61,595 nt of DNA, filler included, from Callorhinchus milii (GCF_018977255.1; 3 parts of 3 records of this genome joined end to end with filler, not necessarily neighbours in it); one strand, 5' to 3'; counted from the whole stretch's first letter, positions 1 to 12,428 are shown. Notes: generated by a model from the sequence alone, not told the origin. Translations and numbers: made by a program.

Positions 1-237
1 TACATTGTCTCTTTCACTCGTTATTGTGGTTTGCCACTGCGAGGCGAAGGGAATCTGAACATAAACGATAGGAGGAGTCGCAATACATCTCCAGCAATGA
101 ACAGGGACAAAATAATGACGCGGGAATAAGAGTCAACCTCTCAATTGAACAAACGTTTATCCACCAGACGCTGACTTTAGATGATTTCTGGTTGCAATTC
201 ATCCGGATATATTTACGTAATTCAAAGAGAGTTGAGA

Positions 238-695
238 ATGAAGCCGATTTTCAGCACAACGTATATTATTTTGTTTGTAACAATAAAGCTTTTGTGTAAG
301 TAGTGAATGAATTTGGATAAACAAATTCGTTTTACCTGCTAAATATTTATAGTTTGTCGCGGCAGGCACTTTCCTAATACCTTTGCGAGTATATTGATTT
401 CTGTTATCTTTCCAGGTGTATTGGCAGAAAGTGATGTTTCACAGTCACCTCAGGCCGTGACAGGGAATGAAAATGGAAACGTATCTATGGAGTGCAACAC
501 CACTGTGTCCGGCCCAACCTTTCATTGGTACACACAGTATGGAAACGGTTCCATCCGGTTCTTGGTTTTGGGAACAAGAGACATCAGTGAGAATGACAGG
601 ATAAGCGCTTTGGCTAATACAAGACAGAGAAACTGCACTCTAACAATCCAACACCTGCGAGTGTCAGACACCGCTACTTACTTCTGTGCGGCGAG
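238..695 (+). CDS. TCR alpha/delta V segment V1 (family A), apparently functional
   Basis: Leader exon 238-295 (MKPIFSTTYIILFVTIKLL, GTAAGT donor), intron 296-415, V exon 416-695 with Cys-x-WY..DTATYFC Ig V motifs; frame open across the splice; followed by a 23-RSS. Confidence 0.93.
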
Positions 696-734
696 CACAG
701 TGCTCCGTGTCTAAGAGGGACCTGTACAAAAACA
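696..734 (+). other. 23-RSS of V1
   Basis: CACAGTG + 23 nt + ACAAAAACA. Confidence 0.95.
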
Positions 735-2095
735 TTCTATGTTCACTGCAGCTCAATGGTTAGAGCATTCGCCTCGCAAGCGAAGTAAATGGGTTCGATT
801 ACCTGCAGGACAAAACGTTGGGAAAGTTTCCTTACTCCTCACGACTCTGTATGTCCCGCAGTAAGTAGGATCTTGGCTGTTAGTCGATTAGCGGATCGCT
901 TTTCCTGGAGCAACAATTCCTTAAAAAAATCAAAAAAAAGGTTATCGATCATATCACTGTCAGTGTGACACCGTTGTGCCACATTGGCGTAACCGTTGAA
1001 TCCACAAAACGCACAATTTCGGCCGTAATAAACTCAGTCACTGCAGTTTAAGGTATTACAGTGATACGACTTGAGACGTCTAGAAGAAGTGATAGGACGA
1101 AATATCAATAGGAAAGCTTATGAATATAAGGCACAGTTTTTAGGTGGATACTCAAAATCAGGGAGATGGTTGTCCTCGTGTGCCAGACACACATTGTAGA
1201 AAAATAAATGTTAAAATATAAAGCCGCATTCAGCGAAATAAACAGTACAAAACAATAGCTGTGAATTGGACGAGCAAATGTATGTTTTGTACCCAAACTG
1301 CTGTAACCCGTAAGCCAAGAGCGGAAAGGGGCATGAAGGACACTTGCAATTAAATGGGGCAGAGACACACACATTAGTTCTATATCGAGGCATCTGCACA
1401 CAATCAGGTCCACTGAATCCCTCGTCCTAACTTAGTTTGACTGTCTGTATCATAGCAAACTTTAACGTTTGGAACAGCGCCTTGTGTCGTCTCTGCGGTG
1501 TGTCATTGCGCTTCATATAGTTTTCTGTAATTTGTAGTGTTAAGTATGACTGTGCATTTTGAATAAGAAACGAGAATATTATCCGCAGAAAGGAAGCCGA
1601 TAATCGACTAAGCACTGGTTATTATTTACAGCCAGGTAAACAGGTGTGTTTAGGAAGTAACGAAAGATGGCCAACATTTCGCCTTGCCGTGAATTGAAGC
1701 AACATCTCCCGCTTATGTGGCAAGAGCAATAAGCATTGAGCTACAGGAGTCCACAGATGGCAAACATTTGTGGAACCCATGTATGTGTTTTCGATTCACT
1801 TAAATATGGTTATAACTTGCTGCAGGTGTCAGACACTCAGCTGAACTAAGATATATCAGTGATGGATGAGAACCAATGGAGGAACGAGACGGGAGAGCAG
1901 AGAGGATGACGCAAAGTGACAGAGACACAAGGTTTGTACATAACCCTCAGACCTGCTCCATCACTGTATATGCCAACTTCTGTATGTTGTTTCCTGTCTG
2001 GCTCTCCTCACGGTATCTTACAGCCTCCCAGGAAACATTCTCCAATTGCACCATCAACGCTCTCTCAACGCCACTTGCCATTAAACACATCGATA

Positions 2096-2901
2096 ATGTA
2101 TCTCTATGTGGCAGCAGTGATCATTACCTTATCAGGTAAGCGGTAAACTCACTCGTTAAGTCTGGTCCCTGCAAATAAAATCCAATGCTTATGTTTTATT
2201 GCATACAATAACCAATATGCTGCAGGGCTTTGGCGGTCGACTAGCGGCACAGGTTAAAACCTTTGGCAAGTATCCTTACTCCACACACAAGCCGGTGTTG
2301 ACCTGTCAGTACGTGGGCTTCCGATAATAAGTCGATCCGCAGATGCCTTTTGTGGTGTGATAATCCCTTAAAAATATATTACCTGTGATAATATGTGCTC
2401 GCCATCCAGAACTCGTTAGCGGTTACTTCTGTGCGCATACGATGCGGTGCTTTGCCCAGAAAATACACTTAATGTGAATGACATGAAGCGCTTGGACGTC
2501 TCCAAGCTGTGATAAGTCGCTATATGAATTGATAGCTTTATCAACGTGATTATAATTATTGTATTGAATGTTGTTGCATTGTGTCTGTTTCCCAGGATAT
2601 TGTGGAGGTGATTCGGTGACACAGCTCGAATCTGCTTTAACAGTGAATGAAGGAGAGGATGTTAGTCTGCAGTGTAATTACACAACAACAAGCAACACTC
2701 CCTATCTGTTCTGGTACCGTCACTATCCCAACAGAGCTCCAGAATATATCCTTTGGACATACAGCAGGGGTCAACCGCAACATGCAGACTTTGCAAAAGA
2801 ACGTTTCTCACGAAACTGGATGAAAGTCGTAGAACCGTCCGACTAAGTATAGCCCAAGTGAGAGTTGCAGACTCCGCGGCGTACTACTGTGCACTGAGCC
2901 C
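2096..2901 (+). pseudogene. TCR V segment V2 (family B), frameshifted
   Basis: Leader 2096-2135 (MYLYVAAVIITLS/G), V exon from 2596 (GYCGGDSVTQ..LQC..WYRH). A 1-nt deletion near 2810 (CTCACGAA versus CTCAACGAA in paralogs) moves DSAAYYCALS to another frame (ORFs 2568-2846 and 2753-2959). Confidence 0.88.
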
Positions 2902-2940
2902 CACAGAGGCACAGATCAGCGGCTCTGCCCTACAAAAACT
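2902..2940 (+). other. 23-RSS of V2
   Basis: CACAGAG + 23 nt + ACAAAAACT. Confidence 0.92.
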
Positions 2941-2947
2941 GCCACGT

Positions 2948-3091
2948 GGAGTCCTGTAGCTCACTGGGTATAGCACACAACTTGCAAGCAGCAAGCAAGC
3001 GAGATACGTGTGTTCGATTCACGGGAAAGCGCTTTGAGGCGTTTCGACGATGTGGTTTGGCACTATAATAAATGCAACGATTATTATTATT
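2948..3091 (+). mobile_element. Internally deleted tRNA-derived SINE (head fused to 3' tail)
   Basis: GGAGTCCTGTAGCTCA head and GTTCGATTC B-box, joined directly to an AAGCGCTTTGAGGCG..AAATGCAACGATTATTATT tail. Confidence 0.7.
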
Positions 3092-3244
3092 AAATACGAT
3101 CATGTTATTTTCACAGAAATAGCTTCATACATTTTGCACTCTGGGGAGACATGCACTGGAAGTGTCCTTCTCTGCTATTTCAACAAGTAGGAAAAAATAA
3201 GAAACATTAACTTGCATCTACGTAGCGACATTCATGGGGGGAAA

Positions 3245-3450
3245 GTTAAGACGGGCCGAAAATAATTTGCAATCAACTATCTCCAAATGTACACATGCTG
3301 TAGCTGCATTCCACCAGCAGATGTCACACTAAAAATAAGATAACATGAGCTGCGACTGACATACCTTGTCACGTTCCTTTATGTAACTGACAGGTGCTTC
3401 CTGTTGCAGTTGACATAGTTTCCTGACATACATGTTGCTGCTTCAGCTGA
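3245..3450 (+). promoter_or_regulatory. Conserved non-coding module, copy 1 (degenerate CTCF motif, E-box, ETS)
   Basis: CCAGCAGATGTCAC at 3314-3327 and CAGGTGCTTCCTG; homologous to 8485-8710 (+) and 24785-24960 (-). Confidence 0.55.
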
Positions 3451-4487
3451 CGTGTAAAAACCTTGTGTAAAACATGATTGGCACAAAATTTAGATTACTC
3501 AAAGAACAGTATTTGTGTCACTTTTTAGATGTGTTGTCTTTCTCTACCAGAAGCATTCGCCCTCATGTGGATCTCACTGAGATAAATAATTTGATAAATC
3601 TTGTTATGAGTTATATGGTCATTTATGTTTGTTTAATTTGAAAAGGAGAGTACAACTTACCTCCTTTAGCTTAATGTAAGAATTGAAACGTAGTCTCTGA
3701 TACACTGGGAGCTCAAACTTCCGATCTGGGTCCAGAACCAACAACATTCAGACACATCGGAGAAAGTACCAATAACTGATGGCAGTTTTCAACTCAGCCT
3801 TGATAGAAAGTAAACCTTTTTTCAAAACTAGGCTGCATGGTTCAAGATCAACCAAATGAATGCATTCAGAACAGTATTGAGAATAAAAATGCCCTTTAAT
3901 CATTTGATATACATCCATACTGCGTCTCGAAGGCGTCCTGAAGCGCTTCACAAACGAACAGTAAAGCAAATTGTTAGTGGGTGAAACGCACTCCTCGCAA
4001 CCTCGCCCAGACCCACTGGCCTCCAATCCGCGGCAGATCAAGTTCAAGATCCTCATTAGAGAAAGTGACACCAAAAGCGGAAATGTTGTCACCTCGTCCT
4101 TGATGACAGAAACTGAACCTGTATTCTTTTAGGCTCTGCTGCATGGCTCAACGATTCGTCAGCTAAATAAATGCATTCACCATAATGATATTTAAAATTA
4201 AAATAAAGTTGTCATTTGACATAATGCCTGATCACGTCTTGAGGACACCTCAAATCGATTCATTCATTAAACTGTAAAATAAATTGCTTTTGTGTTATAT
4301 TTGCGGCATCCCATCGAAACCCAGACCTATTCGCTTCCAATCGCCAGAAGATCGAGTTCAAGATCCTCTGGTTAGTGGGAAACGCCTACAATTGGAGACA
4401 GTAAACCACTGAACCCGTCAGATCAGCCGCTTCCTCACAACTCGTCACTGAAGCAGCAACACAGCTGTCCACACCTCAGCAGCCAAC

Positions 4488-5265
4488 ATGACAGCTCACT
4501 GCCAGTTACTGATAGCAATCCTCACCATAGCCAGTAAGTATGTGTGGACATGCCCAGCGCATGATTTTTACATCATAAACATTCCGAAGCATAATGTTTA
4601 GAGAGGTCGCCTCACCAGCGAGAGAACCCGAGTTTGATTGCCGGGCAATGAAACCTTTCAATGCGTTTGCTCACACCTCACCAATCTGTTTCCACAGCGT
4701 TAAGTAGGAAACATGTTGACAGTCGATTCCCCGATCGTTATCGGAGGTCAATAACCCATTATCGTATAAATCAATTGACAATAATATCGGCGAAATACTG
4801 CGGTGTTCAATTGTCTGCTCAGTTTCGCCAAAAATATAATCAATTCGCTTTGCAATATATTGTGTGGTTTCTTTGAGGCTGATGTACTGTGCGGTAACGT
4901 GCTCTATAAAGTGGATAAAAGCAAATTATAAGTTCCTCAGAAAAATGTGTTGCTCTTGTTCTTGCAGAAGTGAGCGGGCAAGATGTTGTATCACAATATC
5001 CTCGCGAGAAAACAGAAATTGAAGGGCAAGACGTGCCACTAAACTGCAACATTTCAAGATTGGACACTGTCTTCTGGTACAGGGAAAACCCCGGCGGAGC
5101 TCTTCAATATGCGCTCAAAATATTTACCTCTGGAAAGGTATCTAAATCTCCTGATCTACCTGAACGTTTCACTGCTGAGCTGATCAAGAAGAATAAAGTA
5201 ATTAAGCTGCAGATACTCGGGGCTGTTGTGGGTGACAGCGCTGTGTATTACTGGGCCCTGGACCC
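4488..5265 (+). pseudogene. TCR V segment V3 (family C), open frame but second Cys replaced by Trp
   Basis: Leader 4488-4533 (MTAHCQLLIAILTIA), V exon 4968-5265. Ends DSAVYYWALD (TGG at 5252-5254) where paralog V9 has YYCALE. Confidence 0.85.
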
Positions 5266-5304
5266 CACACTGTTACAGGAAGGCACATACCCCGTACAAA
5301 AACT
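5266..5304 (+). other. 23-RSS of V3
   Basis: CACACTG + 23 nt + ACAAAAACT. Confidence 0.92.
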
Positions 5305-6011
5305 CAGCAGAAAGTCATGACTTCCGCTCACACATTTAATTTGGTGCTTTCAGCAAACTGATGTGGTTATACAATATTATCAAGGAATGTGGTGTAAACA
5401 GGCTGTGCTGCCTTGTTGTGTATGGGATTAAGCAGTCGTTTTGCAAGCTGGTAGAACCTGGTTCTTTGGATAAAAACGCTTTTTCCTGCCAGCAGACAGC
5501 GGTTGAACATAACAACAAAAGAGAACTAATGCACCAGAATGTAGCCCAAAATAGATATACCTCACCAAGACTTGCCTCTTGCCTGTCAGCACCTCGTAAT
5601 CTGTTAAATTAAGCAAACACTATGCGTTCCTCCAGGGAGAAAGAGAAAATTCGTTTCCATAGGCACATTTACACGCGAAGATGGCATATATATGTGGAAC
5701 TGATGTATGTGTTTTCATGAACTGGAATATGGGTGTAACTGTGTGCAGACACACTGCTCAACAAAGACATGTCACTGATGGAAGAGAACCATTGGATGAG
5801 TGAGATGGCAGAGCAGAGAAGGTGACGCACAATGACATAGACACAAGTTTTGTACATAACCTTCAGACCAGCTCCTTCAGAGTATATGACAACTTCTGTA
5901 TGTTATTTCCTGTTTAGCTCTCCTCACGGTACCTTACAGCCTCCCAGCCAACTTTCTCCAACTACACCATCAATGCTCGCACAACGTCCCGTGACATTAA
6001 CGCATATGACA

Positions 6012-6853
6012 ATGTATGTCTCTGTGGTAGCAGTGATCATTACCTAGTCAGGTAAGCGACAAACTCGCTCTATTAGTCTGCTTCATGTGCATACTATCCA
6101 ATGAATATATATTTTTGCATTACATAACCAATACGGTACACGACTCATGCATTCCTGCAGGAAACGTGTTGACTTGGGTTTAGTTCCCGGCTTGGACATA
6201 GCGAAACCTCAGGCAAGTTTCCTTCCTCCACACACGCACCTCTGTTTACCTCGACATATGTAGGTACCCGTTCGTTGGTCGATCGTCGGATCAGTTTTCG
6301 TTGTTAATAATCTCTTAACGTGTACCAGTGATAGTAATGCTATCAGTCATTCCATGAACTTTTATTAGGAAAATGCTGTGCGCAATTTGCTGCCACGTGT
6401 CGCCCACACAATACACATTCTCAGAATATTCTATGAAGCATTTGGATAAGCAATGATGTAGTATGGTGCTTTATGAAAATCAATAATTTGTATGATGATT
6501 ATTGTTATGGTATTGAACGCTGATATGGGTCTGGTTCCCAGGACAATGCGGAGAGACGCTGTAACACAGCTCCAATCTACTGTGAGAGTGACTGAGGGGG
6601 AGGATGTTTACCTGCAGTACAATTATACAGCTACAGGCGAATACAATACCTATCTGTTCTGGTACCGTCACTTTCCGAACAGACCTCCAGAATATATCCT
6701 TAGCACAGACACCAACAACAGGATCAAGAACGGCGCGGACTTTGCAGAAGAACGTTTCTCAACGAATGTGTCTAAAGCGGAGAGAACCGTCCCATTAAAT
6801 ATATTGCAAGTGAGAGTTACAGACTCCGCGGAGTATTACTGTGCACTGAGCCC
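6012..6853 (+). pseudogene. TCR V segment V4 (family B), multiply disabled
   Basis: TAG in the leader (6045-6047); 1-nt deletion at the start of the V exon (exon starts 6542, TAA at 6562-6564 in the spliced frame); first Cys replaced by Tyr (LQYNY). Confidence 0.9.
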
Positions 6854-6892
6854 CACAGAGGCACAGATCAGCGGATCCGCCCTACAAAAACT
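6854..6892 (+). other. 23-RSS of V4
   Basis: CACAGAG + 23 nt + ACAAAAACT. Confidence 0.92.
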
Positions 6893-7028
6893 GGCCTGTG
6901 GAGTCCTGTGGCTCAGTGGTTACAGCACTTGCCTCACAAGTGATAGACGTTGATAAATAGGAAGCAGGTTGTTAATCGGTTGGAGTGTCGATTTTTCAGA
7001 GGCAATAATTCCTTCTGACTAATACTGT

Positions 7029-7355
7029 TAATAATAATAATAATAATCCTTGCATTTGATATAGCGCTTTTCACGTCGGGAGGTCGTCCCAAAGCGCTTC
7101 ACAGAACACACCGTAAAATGAATTGACTGTATATTTGTGGGCGAACGCGCAGCCAATTGCGCACAGCAATGTCCCACAAACAGTCGTAGATTGAAAATGA
7201 CTAATTTATTATTGATTTTTGTTTTGGAGGGATTATTATTAGGCTCTGTGTGGAGTAAGGAGACTTGCCCAAGGTTTCGCCCTGACCTGCCTGGAACTGT
7301 ACCCAGGTCTCTCGCTCGCAAAGCGAGTGCTCTAACCACTGAGCTTCAGGACTCC
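7029..7355 (-). mobile_element. Full-length tRNA-derived SINE with L2-type 3' tail
   Basis: Minus strand: GGAGTCCTGAAGCTCAGTGG head, A/B boxes, central body, GTGAAGCGCTTTGGGACG..CAAATGCAAGG(ATT)n tail; near-identical to 21191-21522 and 12429-12656. Confidence 0.9.
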
Positions 7356-7749
7356 ACATGTTAATAATAAATTGGTCACTTCATCCAATGAGACATCGAT
7401 ATATGCAATGTACTGCCGTGCTTCGCCCACACAGCCACTGCCACGCTACGCCACTCAATCACTGCCCCTCACACTATGCAGTCAATCCGTTTACTGTATA
7501 TTGAATGATGCACTGAGTGGCGTCTCAAAGATGTGATATGGCGCTATATCAAATGCAACGATTATTATTATTGTTATTAACTGTTGTCATGTTACCATCA
7601 AAGTGGTAATCAAAAATGTCTTGCTTTCTGGGGAGCGCTGCCACATGTACGATTCTTTCTATGCTGCATTGATAAGTAAGTAAACATTAAAACAAACAAT
7701 TTCCGTTTATATTGCTTACACAAAAACTATTTCCGCTATCTATAGAGAA

Positions 7750-8055
7750 ACTGTTTCTCCTGGTGGTTTGGGGAATGCAGAATAAGGGCGGATTAGAGCC
7801 AGTCCAGGTAGCCGAAAAATTGGTACGAAAAAATTACGAAACATTTAAGGAAATCTGGAAAACGTCCACAAAGATTCTGGAGATGTTCGTTCCATTCATA
7901 TTTTCCAGACTGAGTTGGATACATTTATTTTAGCTCAGAATTTCAAGGGTTACGGAGAAAAGATTAGAATATGTGTTGAGAGATAAATCAGCCATAATGT
8001 AATATAACGTTGGAACAAACTCAAGGACCTGACGGTCTGCTCCTATTCCTATTTA
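7750..8055 (+). mobile_element. Degenerate CR1-like LINE 3' end fragment
   Basis: Remnant of F..ELD.FL....I.GYG coding followed by the ATCAGCCAT..CTGCTCCTATTCCT 3' UTR pattern typical of chondrichthyan CR1. Confidence 0.55.
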
Positions 8056-8484
8056 GCGCTTTCCACGTATGGGAGCGTTTTGGCGAGTCACAAAAAAACG
8101 AAACCATTTAGTGTATTGAAGTTTAAGAAGAATGAACATTAAATTTCATTTAAAGTCTAGTGAGCACATTTGCATTGCGACGTCCTCCTGACGTGAACCG
8201 ACTTGAATAAATATCAATATGCAGTCACTCTGGTGCAAAATGCTCCAAGTCAGCTAATTGTTCAGTCAAATGATATAATCGATGAAATAATAAGACAAGG
8301 AAATGAATAGAAATGGAGGAGCAAGTGGCGCAGCAAGTGTTAGCAGAGGGACACGTCAATGTAAAAGAATGTGAATGACACCGAATATCCGAATATTCCA
8401 GAGAGGAAGATAAAAAATGGGGAACGAGCAGGGAAATTAGACTAATGCATAAACTTCCTATGGAGAAGATAGCACCAAGGAAAG

Positions 8485-8710
8485 GTAAGACGGGCCCAAA
8501 ATAATTATGCTATGAAACCTCTCCAATTGTGTACGTATTGTAGCTGCAATCCACCAGCAGATGGCGCAAAAAACACACACATATAACATGAGCTGCAACT
8601 CACATAACACGTCACGCTCCTTTCTGTAACTACCTTCCTTTGCAGCAGTAACAGGTGCTTCCTGTTGCAGTTGACATATTTCACTCATACACACTATTGC
8701 TGCTTCAACA
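8485..8710 (+). promoter_or_regulatory. Conserved non-coding module, copy 2 (consensus CTCF motif)
   Basis: CCAGCAGATGGCGC at 8554-8567 matches CCASYAGRKGGCRS at 14/14; CAGGTGCTTCCTG downstream. Confidence 0.65.
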
Positions 8711-9854
8711 GAAATTTACAAATATTTGCCTGAAGTATTAACACAAGGACTAGGTTGCTCACGAAAAAAAATCTATCTCACCTATTTTATATTCTTTCCC
8801 GATTAGCAGCCGCTCTTAAATTGTTTTCTCTGCGGAATAGCAATTCTCTGTTGACATTTGTTTCAGTATCGGCTTCTGCCAACATTTCACGTAATGCATT
8901 CAACCAGTGGCAGTGTCAAAAATAAATCTGCTTCTCACAGTTTGTTCAGGCAACTACATCAAACGTGAACATTAAGCTATTTAATATGTTTTTACTATAT
9001 AATTAATAAATATCATTGATATGTCATCCATCAACTGAAACATTCAAAAGCGACCGAAGTGCTCACTGTGAAATACAGATTGGATTATGTTCTGCTGTTC
9101 CGGTCTGACACTCTGGAGCAGGCCTGGCTGTCTGGACTGTGGGTGAAGCTTGTCCTACCGAGGAGATATTAAACCCAGGTCCAGGCGGCTTGCATGAAGG
9201 GACTTTTGTGATGCCATTGTAATGCTCGAGAAAGAATAAGTTTTCCACCGGTGTCTGGACAAACTTTCCATCGGTTAAATTCATCTTTGATTCGTAGATG
9301 TTTGTGGGAAAGAGTTGTATACAAATTGGAGGCCAACTTGTTTGAGGAGGTCTGAGGCGTTTCGATTAATGACAAGGCTCTCTTGGATAAAAGCATTTCT
9401 GAATCACGAATACTAAAAACATTTGTAACGTCATGTCTCATTCAACAGTGTAATAATAACGATAATAAAAGCAAACGTTGGATTTGATACACTGCCATAT
9501 TAGGTCATTGAGACGTCTCAAAGCTCTTCACAGAATACGCTGAAAAGTGCAGTGTCTATTGCTTTATGCAAATTATGTACAGAAGTATCCCACACAAAGT
9601 TGTGGGTTCAGTTGCGTTATATTGTGGCACTGTGCGTGTGGGGGAGTGTGGGGAATTGGTTGGAAAGGGGGGGGTTTGGAGCGTTAGATTGTATTGTGTG
9701 GGCCAAACATGGTTGCCAACTGTTCAAAACAGTGACCCACAAAATATTGTGGATTGAGTGACCTGATTGTGTGGCACTGTGGGTGTTTGTGTGCGGGGAG
9801 TGGAGGGGGCGGGCGCTGTGTGGGCGGGGCGCTGTAAAACAACGGCAGTGATTG

Positions 9855-10156
9855 GGCGATGCGGCTCAGTGTGGGCGGGGCAGTGACTGATGACGTGGCT
9901 CTATGGGAGTGGTAGTGGCTGTGTGGGCGGGGCTCAGTGCGGGCAGGGCAGCGACTGAGTGACGTAGCACTGTGGGCGAGGCAGTGGCAGTGTGGGCGGG
10001 GCTATGTGTGGGCGGGGCAATGACTGAGTGATGTAGCTCTGTGGGCGTGGCATTGGCTGTGTTGGCGGGGCTCAGTGCTGGCTGGGCAGCGACTGAGTGA
10101 CGTAGCTCTGTGGGCGTGGCGGTGGCTGTGTGGGCGGGGCTTTGTGTGGGCGGGGA
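9855..10156 (+). repeat. About 68-bp G-rich minisatellite, roughly 4 copies
   Basis: Recurrent GACTGAGTGACGTAGCTCTGTGGGCG and GTGTGGGCGGGGC blocks. Confidence 0.8.
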
Positions 10157-10324
10157 TGTAAGTGTGTGGCTACTGAACCCAAAAGCCCCATCAGTCCACA
10201 TTGGGGAGTTAATGTCAGACACGGGATCAGGATGCTCATGTGGGAGACATGTGCTGTGCTCTCAATCACTCTCAGCTTACTTTGCCGTTAGTATCCTTTG
10301 TATATCAGGACAGGGGAAAGCTTT

Positions 10325-10570
10325 GGGCAAGTTTCCTTACCCCACACAGAGCCTAATAATAAACCCTCCAAAACCAAAACAATAATAAATTGGTCATTTT
10401 CAATCCACGACTGTTTGTGGGACATTGCTTTGCGCAATTGGCTGCCGCGTTCGCCCACAAATATACAGTCAATTCACTTTACAGTGTGTTCTGTGAAGCG
10501 CTTTATGACGTCCTCCCGACGTGAGAAGCGCTATATCAAATGCAAGGATTATTATTATTATTATTATTAT
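10325..10570 (+). mobile_element. 5'-truncated young SINE copy
   Basis: Body and tail nearly identical to the reverse complement of 7029-7260; ends in (ATT)n. Confidence 0.88.
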
Positions 10571-10979
10571 TATACCTTCTTTTCTTAATACCTTGTTATG
10601 CCTTTTACAACATTATAATATTAATAATCATTGCATTTGATATAGCGCCTTATCGTGTATTCGAGCCGATTGTGCACACCAGTTTTCTTCAAATAATCAT
10701 GGATTGAATGACCAAATTATTATCTGTTTCATTATTGATCCATTATTGAAGGGCTAATTACCCCTGAACTAGAGAGGCGCCAATCGACTGGTAAACGTGT
10801 TCCTATTTACTGCTTCTTAAACAAAGGCGTATGGAGTAGGGGAAATGTCCTCAGCTTTCCCCTGTCCTGATATAAAAGCCACATAACTCTTTCTGCTGAC
10901 GCGAATGCTCTCACCAATACACTTCAGTCTCCACATTAGACAAACTTGCTGCTCAACAATATTTTCTTTTAATTCACAG

Positions 10980-11283
10980 GAAACAGCCTGCAAGACATTG
11001 GGAATCAACCGATTGCTGAAATATCAGTTGAAGAGGGTAAAGATGTGAAATTATCCTGCACCTTAAAGAAAATAAGTGACGCGTATGGTCTCTTTTGGTA
11101 TCGACAAGCCTCCAGGAACGCTCCTGTCTATATTCTTCTGTCTGTTGCAGGGAAGGATAATAAGAGCCCCGACTTCCAACAACGATTTTCCTCCAAAGTC
11201 GATAAAACGAACGAAGATTTCAAACTGAGTATTGCCAACGTCCTGATCGGGGACAGTGCCGTGTATTACTGCGCCAACGAGCC
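10980..11283 (+). CDS. TCR V exon V5 (family D, related to C); leader not identified
   Basis: Acceptor CACAG at 10975-10979; open frame GNSLQDIGNQP..LSC..WYRQ..DSAVYYCANE. Confidence 0.85.
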
Positions 11284-11322
11284 CACACTGCTTCCGTGGT
11301 GTGGCGACTCCGTATAAAAACT
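11284..11322 (+). other. 23-RSS of V5
   Basis: CACACTG + 23 nt + ATAAAAACT (nonamer position 2 C>T). Confidence 0.88.
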
Positions 11323-12428
11323 GCAACTGGTTCATTTGCTGCTGAACCGCGAGGGGGAACCATTGCATCAAGTAAAATTAAAACAGCATTTATATCTGTT
11401 TACTTATCGAGTCCTGTATTATATTGGTTTGACGTTAGCTAATTCAGTTCCCAAGCGTGAACACCTCGGTTTGATTCTCGGGTGGGACAAAACATTGGGC
11501 AAATTTCTTTGCTTCACACACATTCCTCTGCCTTCCTATCAGTTGTAGGAACACGGTTGGCATTCCATCAGCGTAACGCTTTTCCAGGAGTAACAATTCC
11601 TTAGAAATTATACAACAGTTTGGTAGCTCAATCGTTTACGCTTTGTGTGCGATAGACTACCACGTTTCAACTGTCACAATCACAATGTCGTTGCTATACA
11701 TAATATAACATAACATAATTACTATTTTGCCTCTGTCTATCTCGCAGACGCAGGAACACGGTTGATAGTCTCTTGGCTGATCGCTTTTCCAGAATTAATA
11801 ATCCCTTAAAAAAATAACAGCAAGTTGGTCACTGAAAATATGAATAATAGGGTACAGTAGACGACGCGCTTCGCCTCCAATAATCTCTGTACATCATAAC
11901 GCTGCACATAATATTCTGCGAAACGCTTTCTGTCGTCCCAATGGCACTATAAGGCGCTTTATCAAATGCAATCATTAATGTAATCATCATTGTTATTTTG
12001 GGTTAAGCCTCACAATTATAGTGAGTTGTTTAACCACTGGGTGTCGCTGATATTTTGAGGAGACACCACAGGCTGAAAAGCTTGTGATGAGTGGTTCAAC
12101 GACGCGTGTACCTGTAATTCAATCGTACTCGGAAGCTTGTCCATCTCGTCCGTTTCCTCGGTGTATACTTTCCATTCAGGACGACAGATGTACACGAAAT
12201 ATAGTGTGTTGGCATCACAGTTTATTACAACGTGTAGGTGATCAGTTCACAAAATGTAAGAGTGCATCAGGAATCGTGGACTGCTCTGCTCCTATGATTA
12301 ATGGAAAACCTCTTCCTTATATCCTAATCTATCTTAAACTTGGATTCTACGGAACCCTAGGAACCTATTGATCGCATTCGATTAATCAAAAAGTTCCTGA
12401 TACACCGTTCTTGCAATTCGCCAAGCTA

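Noticed and set aside
746-810. tRNA-like sequences (also at 2948, 6900, 7355, 12705, 21522)
   Set aside because: A and B boxes are present but continue into SINE bodies and tails without an acceptor stem, so they are SINE heads, not tRNA genes.
8880-8950. Possible V5 leader (..NLLLTVCS/G with GC donor)
   Set aside because: There is no in-frame ATG and the donor is non-canonical, so it cannot be supported.
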